A stretch of 63,815 nucleotides of DNA, counting the filler, from Hyphochytrium catenoides (Eukaryota; Protista; Hyphochytriomycota): NCBI GenBank assembly GCA_900088475.1. It is 10 parts of 10 records of this genome, joined end to end, with 100 filler letters (N's around TTAATTAATTAA, not from the genome) between each part and the next. Parts side by side here need not be neighbours in the genome. Positions count along the whole stretch, not along the records: positions 48,858 to 59,159 come from FLMG01003985.1; positions 59,260 to 61,663 come from FLMG01004209.1; positions 61,764 to 63,815 come from FLMG01004659.1; 7 more parts are not named here. The stretch is one strand, 5' to 3'. Position numbers and translations under genes: made by a program. The notes beneath the pieces are model-generated. The model was not told where the DNA came from. It did not search any database and saw only the letters and a list, made by a program, of their open reading frames with translations. Below, piece after piece: positions 51,879 to 63,815 of the stretch. Within the stretch, counting starts at the first letter, position 1. The number at the start of each line of letters is the position of its first letter.

Positions 51879-52484
51879 CAAACGGGATGGGCCATCTCAC
51901 TGGTACACTTTGGGAAAGGTGTATCTCTCTAAAGCCGAAGCAAGACCTCTGGGGTACCTCGTTTGCTTAGACTCTTACAACCCTACTGCCATCCCGTTTG
52001 CTTAGACTCTTACAACCTTACTGCCATTTGTCACTGCCGCCGTGACATCAGAGCGTTGAAACACTCCTATCCATCCATGCTCTGTGTCGCACATGGAGGG
52101 AGTTCACAGCAGGGACTAGTAGCTCTAGTATTACGGGGCGACAGTGATGAATATTTATATACAGTTTGAAGGCTAGGAGACGTAAACACGAATGAAAGCT
52201 CCGCAGCGTAAAGTGTAGAATCTACAGAGCTTGTGAATCCTAAGAACAACGATACCATTTGCCGCAAGCGAAACTGCTAATCAAAGTAGAGATGAGGAGG
52301 GTGCAAGAGAATGGCGTAAAGTCGCGCGGACTATCCTAACTCCCTAGTTGGTGACTCGCAGCAGACATGCACTGCAAGCCTGACAGTTGGACTTGTACAG
52401 AGCCTCCTGCCGATTAACATAGTACAGTCTCCAACTTCACGCTCACGCCCTCTCTCTATTGCTGCCTTCCTTGAAAGGGGCTAA

Positions 52485-53558
52485 TCAAAGGACGCTCCGT
52501 CCGTTATTGGGCCTATGAAGTTCCCAGTTGGATGTAGATCCGACCTCACTGTCCACATATCTGTCTGTCTCTCGTGGTGCCTCCGAGAATCTTCCGAAGG
52601 TTCTAGCCCAGATGGAGCTACGCTTTAGGTGATCCGTGTGCCTGGGGTTACGGACTCTAAGAGTCTTTGGGATGTTTGTTTCCATCATCTCGTCGAATTG
52701 TTGCTTTCTACGTCGTTTCCGAACCGCTACACCTACCACTACCAGGGCTACCAGCAGAGCTGTTCCACCTAAAGCAGCCAGAATAACCACCATTGACTTC
52801 GTGAATATTCCACCCTTGCTGCGATCGCCGTCCGCGTCCTTTTCAACTGGTGCTCCCGTCACCCCATCAGCCGTCTGGCTTTCGGTCGTACTCGAGTCGT
52901 CTACAGAGTCACCGCCATCTAGTAGACCGGCTGAGGATGCAGGATCACTCGTAGGCTCGATGCCGTCCTCTGGAGGCACAGCCACTATCTCTGGGGCGGC
53001 TGAAGCTCCAGAACTGGAGGAGGAAGGCGGGGAGGAGGAAGTAGAGGAAGTTCCGGAAGGTGGGGAGAGAGCGGGGGGTGCTTTTGCTTCGTTGCCAGCT
53101 CTATTTTGACTCTCCTTACTGTCCGTCAAAGATGCCTGCGGGGATGGGGGCCCTGCAGGAGATTTCAGCTCAGCAGAAGGTGGGGATGGTGAAGTAGCAC
53201 TTGGGGATATGGGCTCGAGAATACTCTTCAGGATGGCTGATGGAGGACAAGCTGGCCAGTTGTTGGGGTTAGGGAAGAATGGCTCGCCAGGACCAGGGAC
53301 GCGTATGCAAAACCGGCAAGGTGCAAAGTTTCCAATACAGCCAACCAATGCTGGACAAGCTGGATCTGAGTAGACACCAGCACCATTCTTTGCTAACGCA
53401 GAGCCCAGGTGCACTTGACAGCTTGCTTCTCCCGCCGCGTGCGCCCTTTCACTTAAGAAAAATTGCGCAGCCGTTACTAAGGACCATAATATCCGCTGCC
53501 TTCTGCCTCCTCTGTTGCGCACCTGCCCACTCGACTCCTTTGACCTTTGTTCATCCAT
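52485..53558 (-). CDS. Type I membrane protein: signal-like segment, small Cys-rich domain, Ser/Pro stalk, TM, basic tail; intronless
   Basis: ILWSLVTAAQFF; DPACPALVGCIGNFAPCRFC..WPAC; TM SMVVILAALGGTALLVALVVVGVAV followed by RKRRRK. Confidence 0.75.
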   Translation of the reverse strand: MDEQRSKESSGQVRNRGGRRQRILWSLVTAAQFFLSERAHAAGEASCQVHLGSALAKNGAGVYSDPACPALVGCIGNFAPCRFCIRVPGPGEPFFPNPNNWPACPPSAILKSILEPISPSATSPSPPSAELKSPAGPPSPQASLTDSKESQNRAGNEAKAPPALSPPSGTSSTSSSPPSSSSSGASAAPEIVAVPPEDGIEPTSDPASSAGLLDGGDSVDDSSTTESQTADGVTGAPVEKDADGDRSKGGIFTKSMVVILAALGGTALLVALVVVGVAVRKRRRKQQFDEMMETNIPKTLRVRNPRHTDHLKRSSIWARTFGRFSEAPRETDRYVDSEVGSTSNWELHRPNNGRSVL

Positions 53559-56024
53559 AGCGAGTTCCTCGAACAGTCTTCCTTCCACTAGCTGACTCTC
53601 AGTCTTTCAGTCATCTCTTCGATATGCAGGCCATGCCAAGATTACGATATCGCGGTATATCAGCCTACCAACGGCATCCATCTTTCTTTGTGTCCATGCT
53701 CTTGCAGATGTCAGGGAAAACAAACTTTACTGTGAGCGGCAGGATTAGCTGCATTAGCCGCTTTAAGAAGTCCCGATGTTGACGGTCCAAATGGGCTGAT
53801 TGTCAGACGGATAGTAACAGACAAGGAATGACAAGAACAAGCGCTGTTCCCTAACACATTCGGACCAGGCGCCAGGCAAAACCGCAGTCTTAGAGTGCCA
53901 CAGGTTTATCCATGAAGCCAGGTCTGGTGAGACATAGTGTTCAGGCTCCATAGGACAACCTTGGAAGGAACAGAATAATATACTGAGGAACGGACTATCC
54001 GGAAACCCATAAGGAGACAGAGAGCGAGAGCGGGGCCAGGTGCCATTCAGGCGCAGAACATTATCTCCACACTCCATCTCTCTGTCTCTCTCTCACTACA
54101 GCTCTTTTCCACACTTCCCTTGCCCCCTAAGAATCAGCATAGTTCTACACAGCAGGTTAGGGTGCACGGTCAAAACCAAACTGTGCAGCTTCACAGCAGC
54201 CGTCGATCACCTTGGGTTAGGTAACGCTATGTGTTTGCTAGTCTATATAGGGTTAAGAGTGACATGTGGGTTTGGGCGATATCTGTGCTTAGTTGTCATG
54301 GAGAGTCAAGCTTCAGAAGCCAGACTCCTCTGAACATAACCTAAGCAATAAATTTCTGAAAGGTATGAAGCTTATAGCGGAAACCTTCACTGCAATGATA
54401 ATCGGCCCATATGTCTGAATTATTCCTCGCCTACGTAGCTTTCACGTTCAAACCGGGGCAGTCCACCGGGGTAGGGGTAGCCTCTTTTGTGAGTTGTTGC
54501 CCACGGTATGATATGCCGGCCGTCACCCCCTTGGGCCAGGACACCGACGTCTTCCCCTATCAAATACAAAAAGTGAGGTAAAGGCTCTTTCTTATGCATA
54601 TTCTTAGGCTTATTGAGCTCCAACTCTTCCTCAGCCTTCGCCTCAGCAATTTGCCTCGAGTGCTCCTCTATCTACAGAACTACACAGTAGGTCTACTTGT
54701 GCTCGAAAGCCTCCGTCTTTCTCTGGTCCTCTCTGACTTCTGGGCCTGGCCTCGTGCCAGAGAGAACTAGAAGCTGGGCGATAGTAGGAGAGGGACGGCA
54801 AGAGTCGATTATCATTGGCGGAAGAACAACTGCTATTGTTCTGGATGACTGACGTTGTCCTCTTGTTGCGCCTGTTGTTGCTGACCCAAGCTCCCTCTTC
54901 ATTCTTCAACACAATGCATGCCCAGCTGCATGCGCATGAGGGCTCTGCATCATCTTCTTCACGTGTACAGCCGCACGCAGGAGGAAGCATATATGTATAT
55001 ATATATAGACTAATAATAGAAGTATAAGGGAGGGACTTTTGTGGCCATCTCGCTCTTATCCTCTGCCCTCAGTCATGCCTGAACTCCTTTGCTTAATTTT
55101 CACGTGTTTGAAAGAAGGAGGAGAAGATGTATCTCGCTTTATCTCAGCAAAACATCCTGCGCACAGAGTAAAGCGCATGGCGGTGGACCTGTTCAAACTA
55201 TGCGCTCTCTTTAGGTTGTTCTGACGCCAGCCAATTGATGAGAAGTGATGATCAGCTCAGCTCCGTTGTCACCCGGCCGCCAAGAAGGGAAACCTAACAA
55301 CACTCTTCTGCCGAACGACGCATAACCTTTCCTCTCTAATATTCGTCGTAGCCTCTATTAGATCTTTTTGGTCATATTATCAAGAAGTCTCTTTACCATT
55401 TAACAGCTAACAACCAGACTTCGTCCCTCCTTCTTCATTTGTTGGTTGGGGTACTGTCCTTCCCCTGCCCAAGGTTCGCTCTCCCATATTCGAAGAAGAA
55501 GAGAGACCTATACACGAAAATAGATATAAAAAAATGCAGATCGTTTGGATACTAAGAAAATGCGTGGACTTGTTCCAGGCAACCGCAAAGCCAAAAAGCC
55601 TTCTTCATCAGCAGTATCACTATCCATTCGAGCCAGGACGATTGATCGCCTTTAATATTGTATAACAGCAGCAGCAAAAATTGTTGTTAATAATGGGTTG
55701 AAGGAGGAGAAGATTTTCCTAGACGAGGGCATAATATATGTAGTTCCCTTATATAATAGCAACTTTCCTATTGCTGCTTGCGACAATCTACTACCCACGG
55801 AATCAGACGATACGTTGAGGATGAGGATCTTGAGGAATATCGGCACTGCGAGCAAAGAGAAATTAATGGAAAGAGAGAGCTGTGCGTTGTGGCGCAAGTG
55901 CTATTATCCTTGCAGTCTCTTCTTTCTCCATGCTTCATTAAGCCTTATATTGCTATGTAAAACGATAGTGCAAGAGAAGCATACTTGTACCAAGAAGGCG
56001 TTGTAGAGTCCAGGGCGTTGGAGC

Positions 56025-56180
56025 TCTCGTCTCCTCTTCATTTTCCTTCTTCTCCTCCTTTCCTTCTTCTTCTTCTCCTTCTTCTTCTCCTCCTCCTCTT
56101 CTCCTTTTCCTCCCTTCTTTTTCTCCTTGTTCTTCTCCTTCTTCTTCTCTTCCTCTTCCTTCTTCTTCTTCTTCTTCTTT
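56025..56180. repeat. (CTT/CCT)n microsatellite
   Basis: Seen directly in the sequence. Confidence 0.9.
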
Positions 56181-58052
56181 ATTCACTTCTTTTTACTTAG
56201 TCGTAGTAGTAGTTGGAAGAGAAGGCCTTTTATTAACGAACAAATATTAAGGAGTGACTAGTAGACTATGTTTAGAAAAGAAGATATGAAAAATGTACGA
56301 CGAACAAGAAGAACAAGAGTGAAAACTACTAGTAGGCCAGAAAAGAGAAAAAGAGGAAAAAAGCAGCTCCGTTATTATCACCCGACCACCAAGGCGGCGG
56401 CAGTAGTAGTAGCTATTATATGTCCGTCTGAAAATAAAAAAAAAATACCTAGTAGTAGAAGTAAGGAGGAAGAAATTGATGAGACAAAGGTAGAGCGAGC
56501 CAAGTGAGAGAGAGAGAGAGAGAGAGACATAGCCAGAGCCAGAGAGAGGGGACGAGATAGAAAGATATATATAATATATAGAGGAGAGAGAGAGAGAAGG
56601 AGAGAGACCCTGGAAAAAACTACGAAGAGACACTGAGAGAAAAAAGAGAGAGATGCAAAGGTCAAGATACCGAACTTACCAGACCCGCTAGTAATCAATC
56701 ACCTCCAGATATGGTAACTATTGGATTGACCAGTGGAGGGGGTTACAAGAATTTGTAACTTCTTTGTGGTCATCGCCTGACAACCCACTCGATCGGAGCT
56801 CCTGATGCCCAACTGCAACTTTCTCTTCTGTCTCTCTCTCCCTCTCTTTCTCTCTCTCTCTCTGTCCCTTTCTCTCTCTCTCTCTCTGTCTTTCTCCCCC
56901 TTCCTCTCTTTCTCTCTCGTCCGCCTGCCCGCCCACTCTCTTTCTCTCTCTCTCTCTTTCCAACTTCCTCGAACTCGCTCTCGAGCTCCTGATGGCTGTT
57001 TGCAACTTGGTCCTCTCCCTCTTACTCTCTCTCTCTCTCCCAAACCCGTCTTTTGTCTCTTGTCCTCTCTGACTTCATTCCTTCTCGCTCTCTCCCACAC
57101 AAGTGGCCACAATCCTATATCTCTGAGGATGTATGTAGAGCAAAAAGCCCTGCTCCTGCAAATCTCTCCAGTAACGGAGGCCCGAGGCGACATTACTGAT
57201 CCATGAATCTCTGCTTGATTCCCATGCATTGTAACTCTCTCTTTTCTCTTCTTGATGGCAACAGCCAAGGCTATGTCCCTCCCATGTCCCTATACGACAC
57301 TCCATAGCTTGACCGTTGCCTGACCAAGGTCAATCAGTTGTCATCCATCTTCCCGCAACCTGTGGCTTAGGACTCCTACCTGTACTCGCTCGCATACCAT
57401 TATCTCTCTCTCACTCTCTCTCTCTCCTCCTCCTCATCCCACTTTCAACCTTCCTCCTACACTTGTCGATTCCATTCTTGGATACCTGGTTCCACACGTC
57501 GTTTCGACTCCCTCATGTCGCTTCAAGCGTAACGAAAGGCTGTCAAAACGTCAATAGTTAATCTCTCTTTGTGCTCTCTCTCTCTCACTCGCTCCCTCGC
57601 TTACCGCTCTCTCTCTCTCTCTTTGCACCTCACTCACGCTCTCCCTATCTCTGCCTTTGAACCCGTCCGTAGGACACTTATCGTGTGTCTGTCGTCTCTT
57701 CTTCTTCTCATCAGTTGCTATGTTTATATAGTTGACAAGGCCATCAAGAGCCAGAAAAACGTGACGTTTCGATTTCCCATAGATTTGTTTCGCACATTCT
57801 TCACCCCTTTTTCTCGCTTACAATCAGGCAGCAGACTTCGTCGGCGCTGCCGGCGGGGGAAATAAGAGTTGAAGCGTCCAGAGGAGAATCTGCAGCTCAA
57901 AGCTGCAAAGCTAGCACCTAAATCGCGCGGCAACTCAAGGGAAAGACTCTTCTCTTTCTGCAATATCGGGCCTCAGGTCTATGGCACAGACTCGTAGACA
58001 GAGAGGAAGGCCCATCGCATAAGAATAAAGAGGGAGAAAGAGAACCAGAGCA

Positions 58053-59159
58053 ATGGCGGAATTGACTCCTTGCCAGTGTTACTGGCTGCAGAGTCCGAGG
58101 GAGTCCTGGCGGGAGTGCCAGGTGCTTGCTTTTCAAGGCGGGCAAGTGGCGCGCGTGAAGGATCTGAAGTCTGGGCGTGTAGAGAACATCAACATCCGCA
58201 CATCCACTTATCATCGGACCAATGAGGGACAGTGAGTTTGAGCTCTGACTTTGTTTGCCTCTGGTCATTTTGTCTGTCTCGCTCAAAAGCAACCTCTTCC
58301 TTGCACAATGTTGGTCTGGCGGCTCCTGGTCAGCTGTGTAGTCCCTCCCTAGCTGCCTCAATCTTCATCAAGAGCACACTTGCCTCCCTCGTAGCCTTAC
58401 GGTTTGCTTGGTCTCTTCCCCTCGCTCTTCGAAGTCTTTCACTAATGATCTCTCTCTCTCTTGCTCTCGCTCTTTGCAGGGCTGTCGATGATGTGACTTC
58501 TCTCTACTTTCTGAATGAGCCGGCTCTAGTGGATAACTTGGAACGGCGATATCGAGGGGCAAAGGTCAGCCTCCTGTCAGTGTCTCTCTCTCCCTCACCA
58601 GCCCTGGTTTCTTCTCTCGGTGTTGACTTAGACTCAACTTGTCCGATGCTTACATTGTTCAACTTGTCTTTCACTCTCGTCACTCTTTCTTTCTCTGTCT
58701 GCCTTTCTTTCTCTCCGTATCTCTTTGCCCCTCTTTGTGCTCTATCCGAACTGATCCTCTCTCTTCTCAGGCTCGACCCTACACTTTCATGTCTTCTGTG
58801 CTGCTGTCCGTCAACCCCTTAAGGTACTTGAGAGACCCGGAGAAGCGAAGGATCGCAGCGGGGAAGCTGGATGACGCACCGCCTCACCCGTACACTGTCG
58901 CTGAGGTAAGAGAAAACCGGCTCTCAAGGGAGAGGAGCAAAGAGAGAGAAAAAGCAAAAGGGTTAGCCGGCTTAGATAAGATCGGCAATAACGGGAGAGA
59001 AAGAGAAAGAAGATATGAATAGAGAGTGTTGCAGGACGGAGTAGTTCCGCTGTTGCTATTCGTGCGTTCTCACTCACGCTCTTTCTCTTCAATCTCTCTC
59101 TCTCTCTTTCTCTCCTCCCTCCCACAACTCAAGACTGCATATCGGAGCATGAGGAAGAG
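58053..59159 (+). CDS. Myosin, N-terminal SH3-like region and start of motor domain; truncated
   Basis: AVDDVTSLYFLNEPALVDNLERRY, PYTFMSSVLLSVNPLR, PPHPYTVAE|TAYRSM, joined by in-phase introns. Confidence 0.92.
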
Positions 59160-60672
59160 NNNNNNNNNNNNNNNNNNNNNNNNNNNNNNNNNNNNNNNNN
59201 NNNTTAATTAATTAANNNNNNNNNNNNNNNNNNNNNNNNNNNNNNNNNNNNNNNNNNNNCAGGACTGCCATACCATCTAGCCTTGTGTGGCTCAGCATTT
59301 GGGGACGGAAAAAAGAAGGGATAAATTGCTGCTGCTCAAGGTCAATCACTGCACGACGACTTGGGACCCAGTCACATCCTAGCCATATATGTGCATTTCC
59401 GCTACGAGGACATGCAGCAAAGCCCTGAGGTAGGAGGCCGAAGGGAAGGAGGGTGACACACTGCCACCAATCAAGGAAAGCTGCGAGTTAGACACTGCTC
59501 TCTGCTGGTTAGCTATTTATGATGAACATGACTGATGCCTCTCGCTGCTCTTATCATTTATCTAAACAGGAAGGAGGACATATCCTCTCCACAACCAAGA
59601 GTACCCGACCGTTTGCCTGCTTTCATAATTACCGCTTCACTCATCACTAGCAAGGCACTAATATCATGTTCACAAGAATTCTTATAATAGGATAATGATG
59701 GAGGCGAATTCTTATAATACGATAATGATGGAGGCGTTAATAGAAGAACTGACAGCAAGGTCTGCTTTTCTGCAGGCGCGATCAGCCTATGGCCTGTAGG
59801 TGCTGTAGGTGCTTGGTGGCATCACACTCTTATAAGGCATGATGAATGCATGCCGCAAATTTGCATTGCAAGGGTTCGAAACGCCCTGGAGGAGCAGCAC
59901 CACTGTAGCTTTCCGGTGCTTGCCAATCTTGTCCCATACTCCGGCGGTGTGGTCGAAGAACGAGTACTCGGTCCCCCTGCGGCCCCCTCAATTAGCAGAG
60001 CCAAAAAAGGTTACAGCTTCTTACGATCCGGGAAATCTTTCTGAAGATGTCGAACGACTAGGAGGGCATGCATGCTGCTAACCTTACATCATCACACCTC
60101 GAAAGAACATCCAAAGCATTCATTATCCTCAGATCAGATGCTTCACACAATAATATTCTCGCCCTATCCCATTCCAAAGAAAGTATCCGTATCCAAAAGT
60201 AGTCAAAAGTAAAGAGGCTCTCCTCTCAAGATAATAGTGTACAGTGTGAGCGACTGATAAATGAGTTTACCTTTCGCACCAGTCCAGCCTTTGATGTTGA
60301 AGGTAAACCCTACCTATTGGATTGAATAATGGTCCTTCGATCTTGCCTGAAACATCGTAGTAGTAGTTGTACCACTCCTCGCTGTTTCGAACCCTTATCA
60401 ACACTACACCCATAGTTGTCATGCTCCCTCCTCCACTTTCGACGGTTCATCAACCTGTCAAGCAGAGAATGAACGCGGGGTCCCATCATCTCAGCACCAT
60501 GATGGATGAGGAGCTCTTCTTCACAGAGAACAATGCCGCGCAACTGTGACAATGGAGGATGATTACCGAGCAACCCTCTATTACTATCGTTGTATATTTC
60601 CTCCTGTTGTGCACTCACAAGCTGAGGATCTCCGCCTTCTCGTCCTGTTCTTTTTGCGGGCAACTTCTTATT

Positions 60673-61487
60673 ATGGACGATTTGCCATCTTGTCATACAC
60701 GTCTTGAAGGATGGTTGACCACTTCTGAAGCTGTCCCTAATAAGATCCACGAAGAATCCGGAGGAAACCAAACAGCTCTTGGAACCATGACAAGATCTCT
60801 TGGTGGAGCGAGCGCCAAGAGGAAGCTAGAAGCTCTTGTAACGTCAAAAGGAGCGAAGGGATCGTCCCTGAAGCGCCTTTACAAAACTGCGCCAGTGCCG
60901 CACACGCTTGTCCAGTCCGTGGGGCGGCATAATGCCAGAAGAAAAGGCTCTGAGATGGTGCCATATTCTACTATTCCTACAGAAGTCAATGGCGATCTAC
61001 CGCTTAGCACTTTTGAAAACGCAGTCATAACTGAATCCGAACTGCAGAAGGGACGCAAGGTGCCACAAACTCTCTTTGAAGGCAAGCAACACGAACTAGC
61101 GGATGACCCCACATCTTCAGCCTATAGTTCCGTTCCTGCCAACAGTCCAGGTAATCAACAGGAAAAGCAAAAGTACAAGCCGGGAGATCTTTCTGAAGAT
61201 GTCAAGCTAATGATGTTTGGCTTCGGAGATGCATGGGAGCCTCTGGACGACTCTGTACAGCTGATGGAGGGATTGGTGGCCCATTACATACGGCAAACGA
61301 CAGTAGGTTACTTGAGGTAGCTAGGATTAGAGGACGATTGGACAATGACTGCTTTACCTTTCTCATGAGAAGGGATCAAGAGAGGAGTCAGCGCATACTG
61401 GAGCTCAATGAGGCCATGGCGACCGGAAGCAAGGCAACGGGGAACACTTTTGATGCAGAGGATGAGTCCAGTTTAGGGGTCGGTTAA
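60673..61487 (+). CDS. TAF13: TAF13 (TFIID 18-kDa histone-fold subunit)-like, with N-terminal extension and an apparent 1-nt frameshift near 61302
   Basis: DVKLMMFGFGDAWEPLDDSVQLMEGLVAHYI continues in another frame as SRLLEVARIRGRLDNDCFTFLMRRDQERSQRILEL. Confidence 0.8.
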
Positions 61488-62226
61488 GGGCGCTTATGAG
61501 CGGTTTCAACTGGGATGAGACTCCGTCACTAGGGCATCTCAGTACTTCGTTATTACAGAGAAAAGAATATTGTCTGTCACTCTGACTTCCAGAACAGGGG
61601 AGCTGGGTAAGGCAACGGCGCCTGTCACCTCCGCGGCCACATGGAGTCCTCTTGAGACTTACANNNNNNNNNNNNNNNNNNNNNNNNNNNNNNNNNNNNN
61701 NNNNNNNTTAATTAATTAANNNNNNNNNNNNNNNNNNNNNNNNNNNNNNNNNNNNNNNNNNNNAGAGGGAGAGGATGAGGAGAAGGGGGTGTGAAGAGCT
61801 TAGGAGAGAGAGAGAGACAGAGAACGAGAGAGAAAGAAGAGGGTCCACAGAGAGAGGGGAAGAAAGGGTAAGACAAGCAAGCTCAAAGAAGAAACAGTTT
61901 GGAATAGAAAGAGTGTGAGTTCAAAGATAAGAATGTACGGAAGTACACTGCTCACCAAACGGGAGAAAGGATCAGAGAGTAAAGAGAGACAAAGTGGGTT
62001 GAGAAGAGAGAGAGAGAGAGACAGACAGACAGACGAAGGCGCAAATGTCTCACCGACTAATCTCACGCGTAAGGTCCTTGAGGGTGGACAAGAGAGAAGA
62101 TCCCTTTATCGCGCTCACTACTCCCGCCTCTCGCCACTCTCGACCGTCCTCCAACATCTCTTTCTCTCTCNNNNNNNNNNNNNNNNNNNNNNNNNNNNNN
62201 NNNNNNNNNNNNNNNNNNNNNNNNNN

Positions 62227-63050
62227 NTGTTCTCTTCTTCTCCGCTGGCCATAGGATAGGAAGAGAGACTCTTGGCCAAATCAATGAGAGATCGTGCTCT
62301 CTGCAGGACGTCGTCCGCGGCTTCTTCTTTCTCTCTCTCTTCTCTCTCACTCTTGAGTCTTTCCTCGTCATTTGGAGGAACGTCTATGATGTGATGGAGA
62401 TCTGGTCTCTCTTCTTCCCTCTTCCTCGGTCCCTGTCCTGAGCCTTCAGTGTTTTCCTCTGTGTGACGGTCGTCTTTCTCTCTCTGTTCTCTTTCCTCCG
62501 GAGTCTCTCCCTCTTCTGCCTCTCTCTTAGCAGCTCTTTCTTTTTCCGTTGTCTCTACTCTTCTCTCTCCTTTCTCCTTCCTCTCTAACAGTTGTTCTCC
62601 GGTTTGTCTTTCTAATTGTTTGATGTCCTCGCCTTGCCGCTTGTCTCTCTCTCTTCCCTCGCCTTCTCTCTCCTCTGCTTGCTCCACCATCTCTTCGCCC
62701 GGAGCTGCTTCTCTTACGATGGTTCTTTCTGCTTCTTTCTCCTTCTCTCTCCCTCGCTCGCTCTCTGCTTCCTGACTTTCTTCATCTTGTGTCTGGCCCT
62801 CAGCCTCTCTTCCTACTTTCGGTCCTCCATGAGTTTCTTTCTCTACTTTGTAGGTCTCTCCTGGGGTCTCTCTCTCTCTCTGGCTGTCAGCTCGTTCTTC
62901 AGCGAGGGTGTCGTTTCCCCTCTCTCTCCCTCCTCCAGTGGCTCTCTCTTCCCCTGTTGGAAAAATACCAGGTTCTTCCTTTTCTTCCGGCTCTGTCACC
63001 TCTTCATGAGAGAGATCTCTGGCCATGTCGGCCTAGTTACAGCCTTGAGG
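62227..63050 (-). CDS. Exon of a Glu/Arg-rich low-complexity protein
   Basis: Open frame longer than 260 codons preceded by ggaagATGAGAATGCC/ctag-type boundaries. Composition is the only support. Confidence 0.4.
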
Positions 63051-63815
63051 CATTCTCATCTTCCTCCTGTCTTCTCTCTCTCTCTCTCTCTCTCACTCTG
63101 TCTCTCGCTCTCTGTCTCTCTTTCTTTCTTTTCTTCCTTTGTGTTAATCCCTCTTCAGCCTTTCCCTGCTGCTGCCATAACTTCTGGGCTTCGACCTCAT
63201 ACTCTCTCTCTCTCTCTCTTCCTTCCTCTCCCTCTCTCCAGCTTTCTTGCTCTCTCATCTCCTCTCTCTTCCTTGTGTCAACATTGAAAGCAAGCCACAG
63301 AGGAAGAGAGTAAAAAAGGCCTAACTAAGCCCGAAATAAGAGGCGCCAGAGGAAGAAGAGAAAGACAGAAAGCAAAAGAGAATTGGGGGGAGAGAGAGAG
63401 AGAAAGAACAGACAATTAGGGAGAGAGAGAGAGAAAGAGAGAGAGACACACACAGAATGAGAGGGGGAGAGAGAGAAAGAGAAACAAAGAGAGGAAGAGA
63501 AAGAAGAGGTCCAATCTCTGAGAGGTGAAGAGAGAGAAAGAGACACAGAGAGAAAGACTACCTTCACATCGCATTAAATAGCCGTTAGCCACTCTTATTG
63601 CCACACCTTTGGGTGAGCCGTACCGTCAATTAAGCTTGATTAGGGGGAGAACAGAAAATATGAGCGCACTGACAAATGTTGTGATATGGGGCGTTACAAA
63701 AGAAGAGGAAGGTGTCTGTGGGCTTGAAAGGGGCTGACGGAAGGACTTCAGGACGTTATTCTGGCTGCCAGCTGATGACCTTACACAGGATATGCTTGCT
63801 CTCTCTCTCTCTCTC

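Noticed and set aside
54300-56010. Short protein-like ORFs as a gene or transposon relic
   Set aside because: No recognisable motif or consistent splice model.

Overview
This is eukaryotic, intron-rich DNA from a draft assembly. Ten unrelated scaffolds are joined by nine artificial N-TTAATTAATTAA-N linkers (segments about 1-14680, 14781-18117, 18218-20092, 20193-38432, 38533-42569, 42670-44755, 44856-48757, 48858-59159, 59260-61643, 61744-63815), so adjacency across linkers means nothing biologically. Several proteins look stramenopile/oomycete-like, suggesting a flagellated protist (inference). Recognisable genes: membrane-anchored pepsin-type protease, a large protein with four CEP104-type TOG domains, selenoprotein K with in-frame UGA and a type II SECIS, LicD-family transferase, divergent UPRT-like protein, AlkD-like glycosylase, OSR1/SPAK-like STE20 kinase, kelch protein, UMP-CMP kinase, PPR protein, Mdm35/TRIAP1, myosin N-terminus and a frameshifted TAF13. 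Mobile DNA: a degenerate Ty3/Gypsy element with a 147-bp LTR and an LTR-TGG-LTR junction, an intron-containing Dada-like DDE transposase with an inserted DnaQ exonuclease domain, and hAT/Harbinger-like ends. The best candidates for novelty are the four-TOG protein with its RPGT phospho-motif array, the spliced Dada-like transposase, the UPRT-like pseudoenzyme and a G-U-rich structured element at 1-148. All assignments come from reading motifs by eye; no searches were run, and exon boundaries are hand-inferred.
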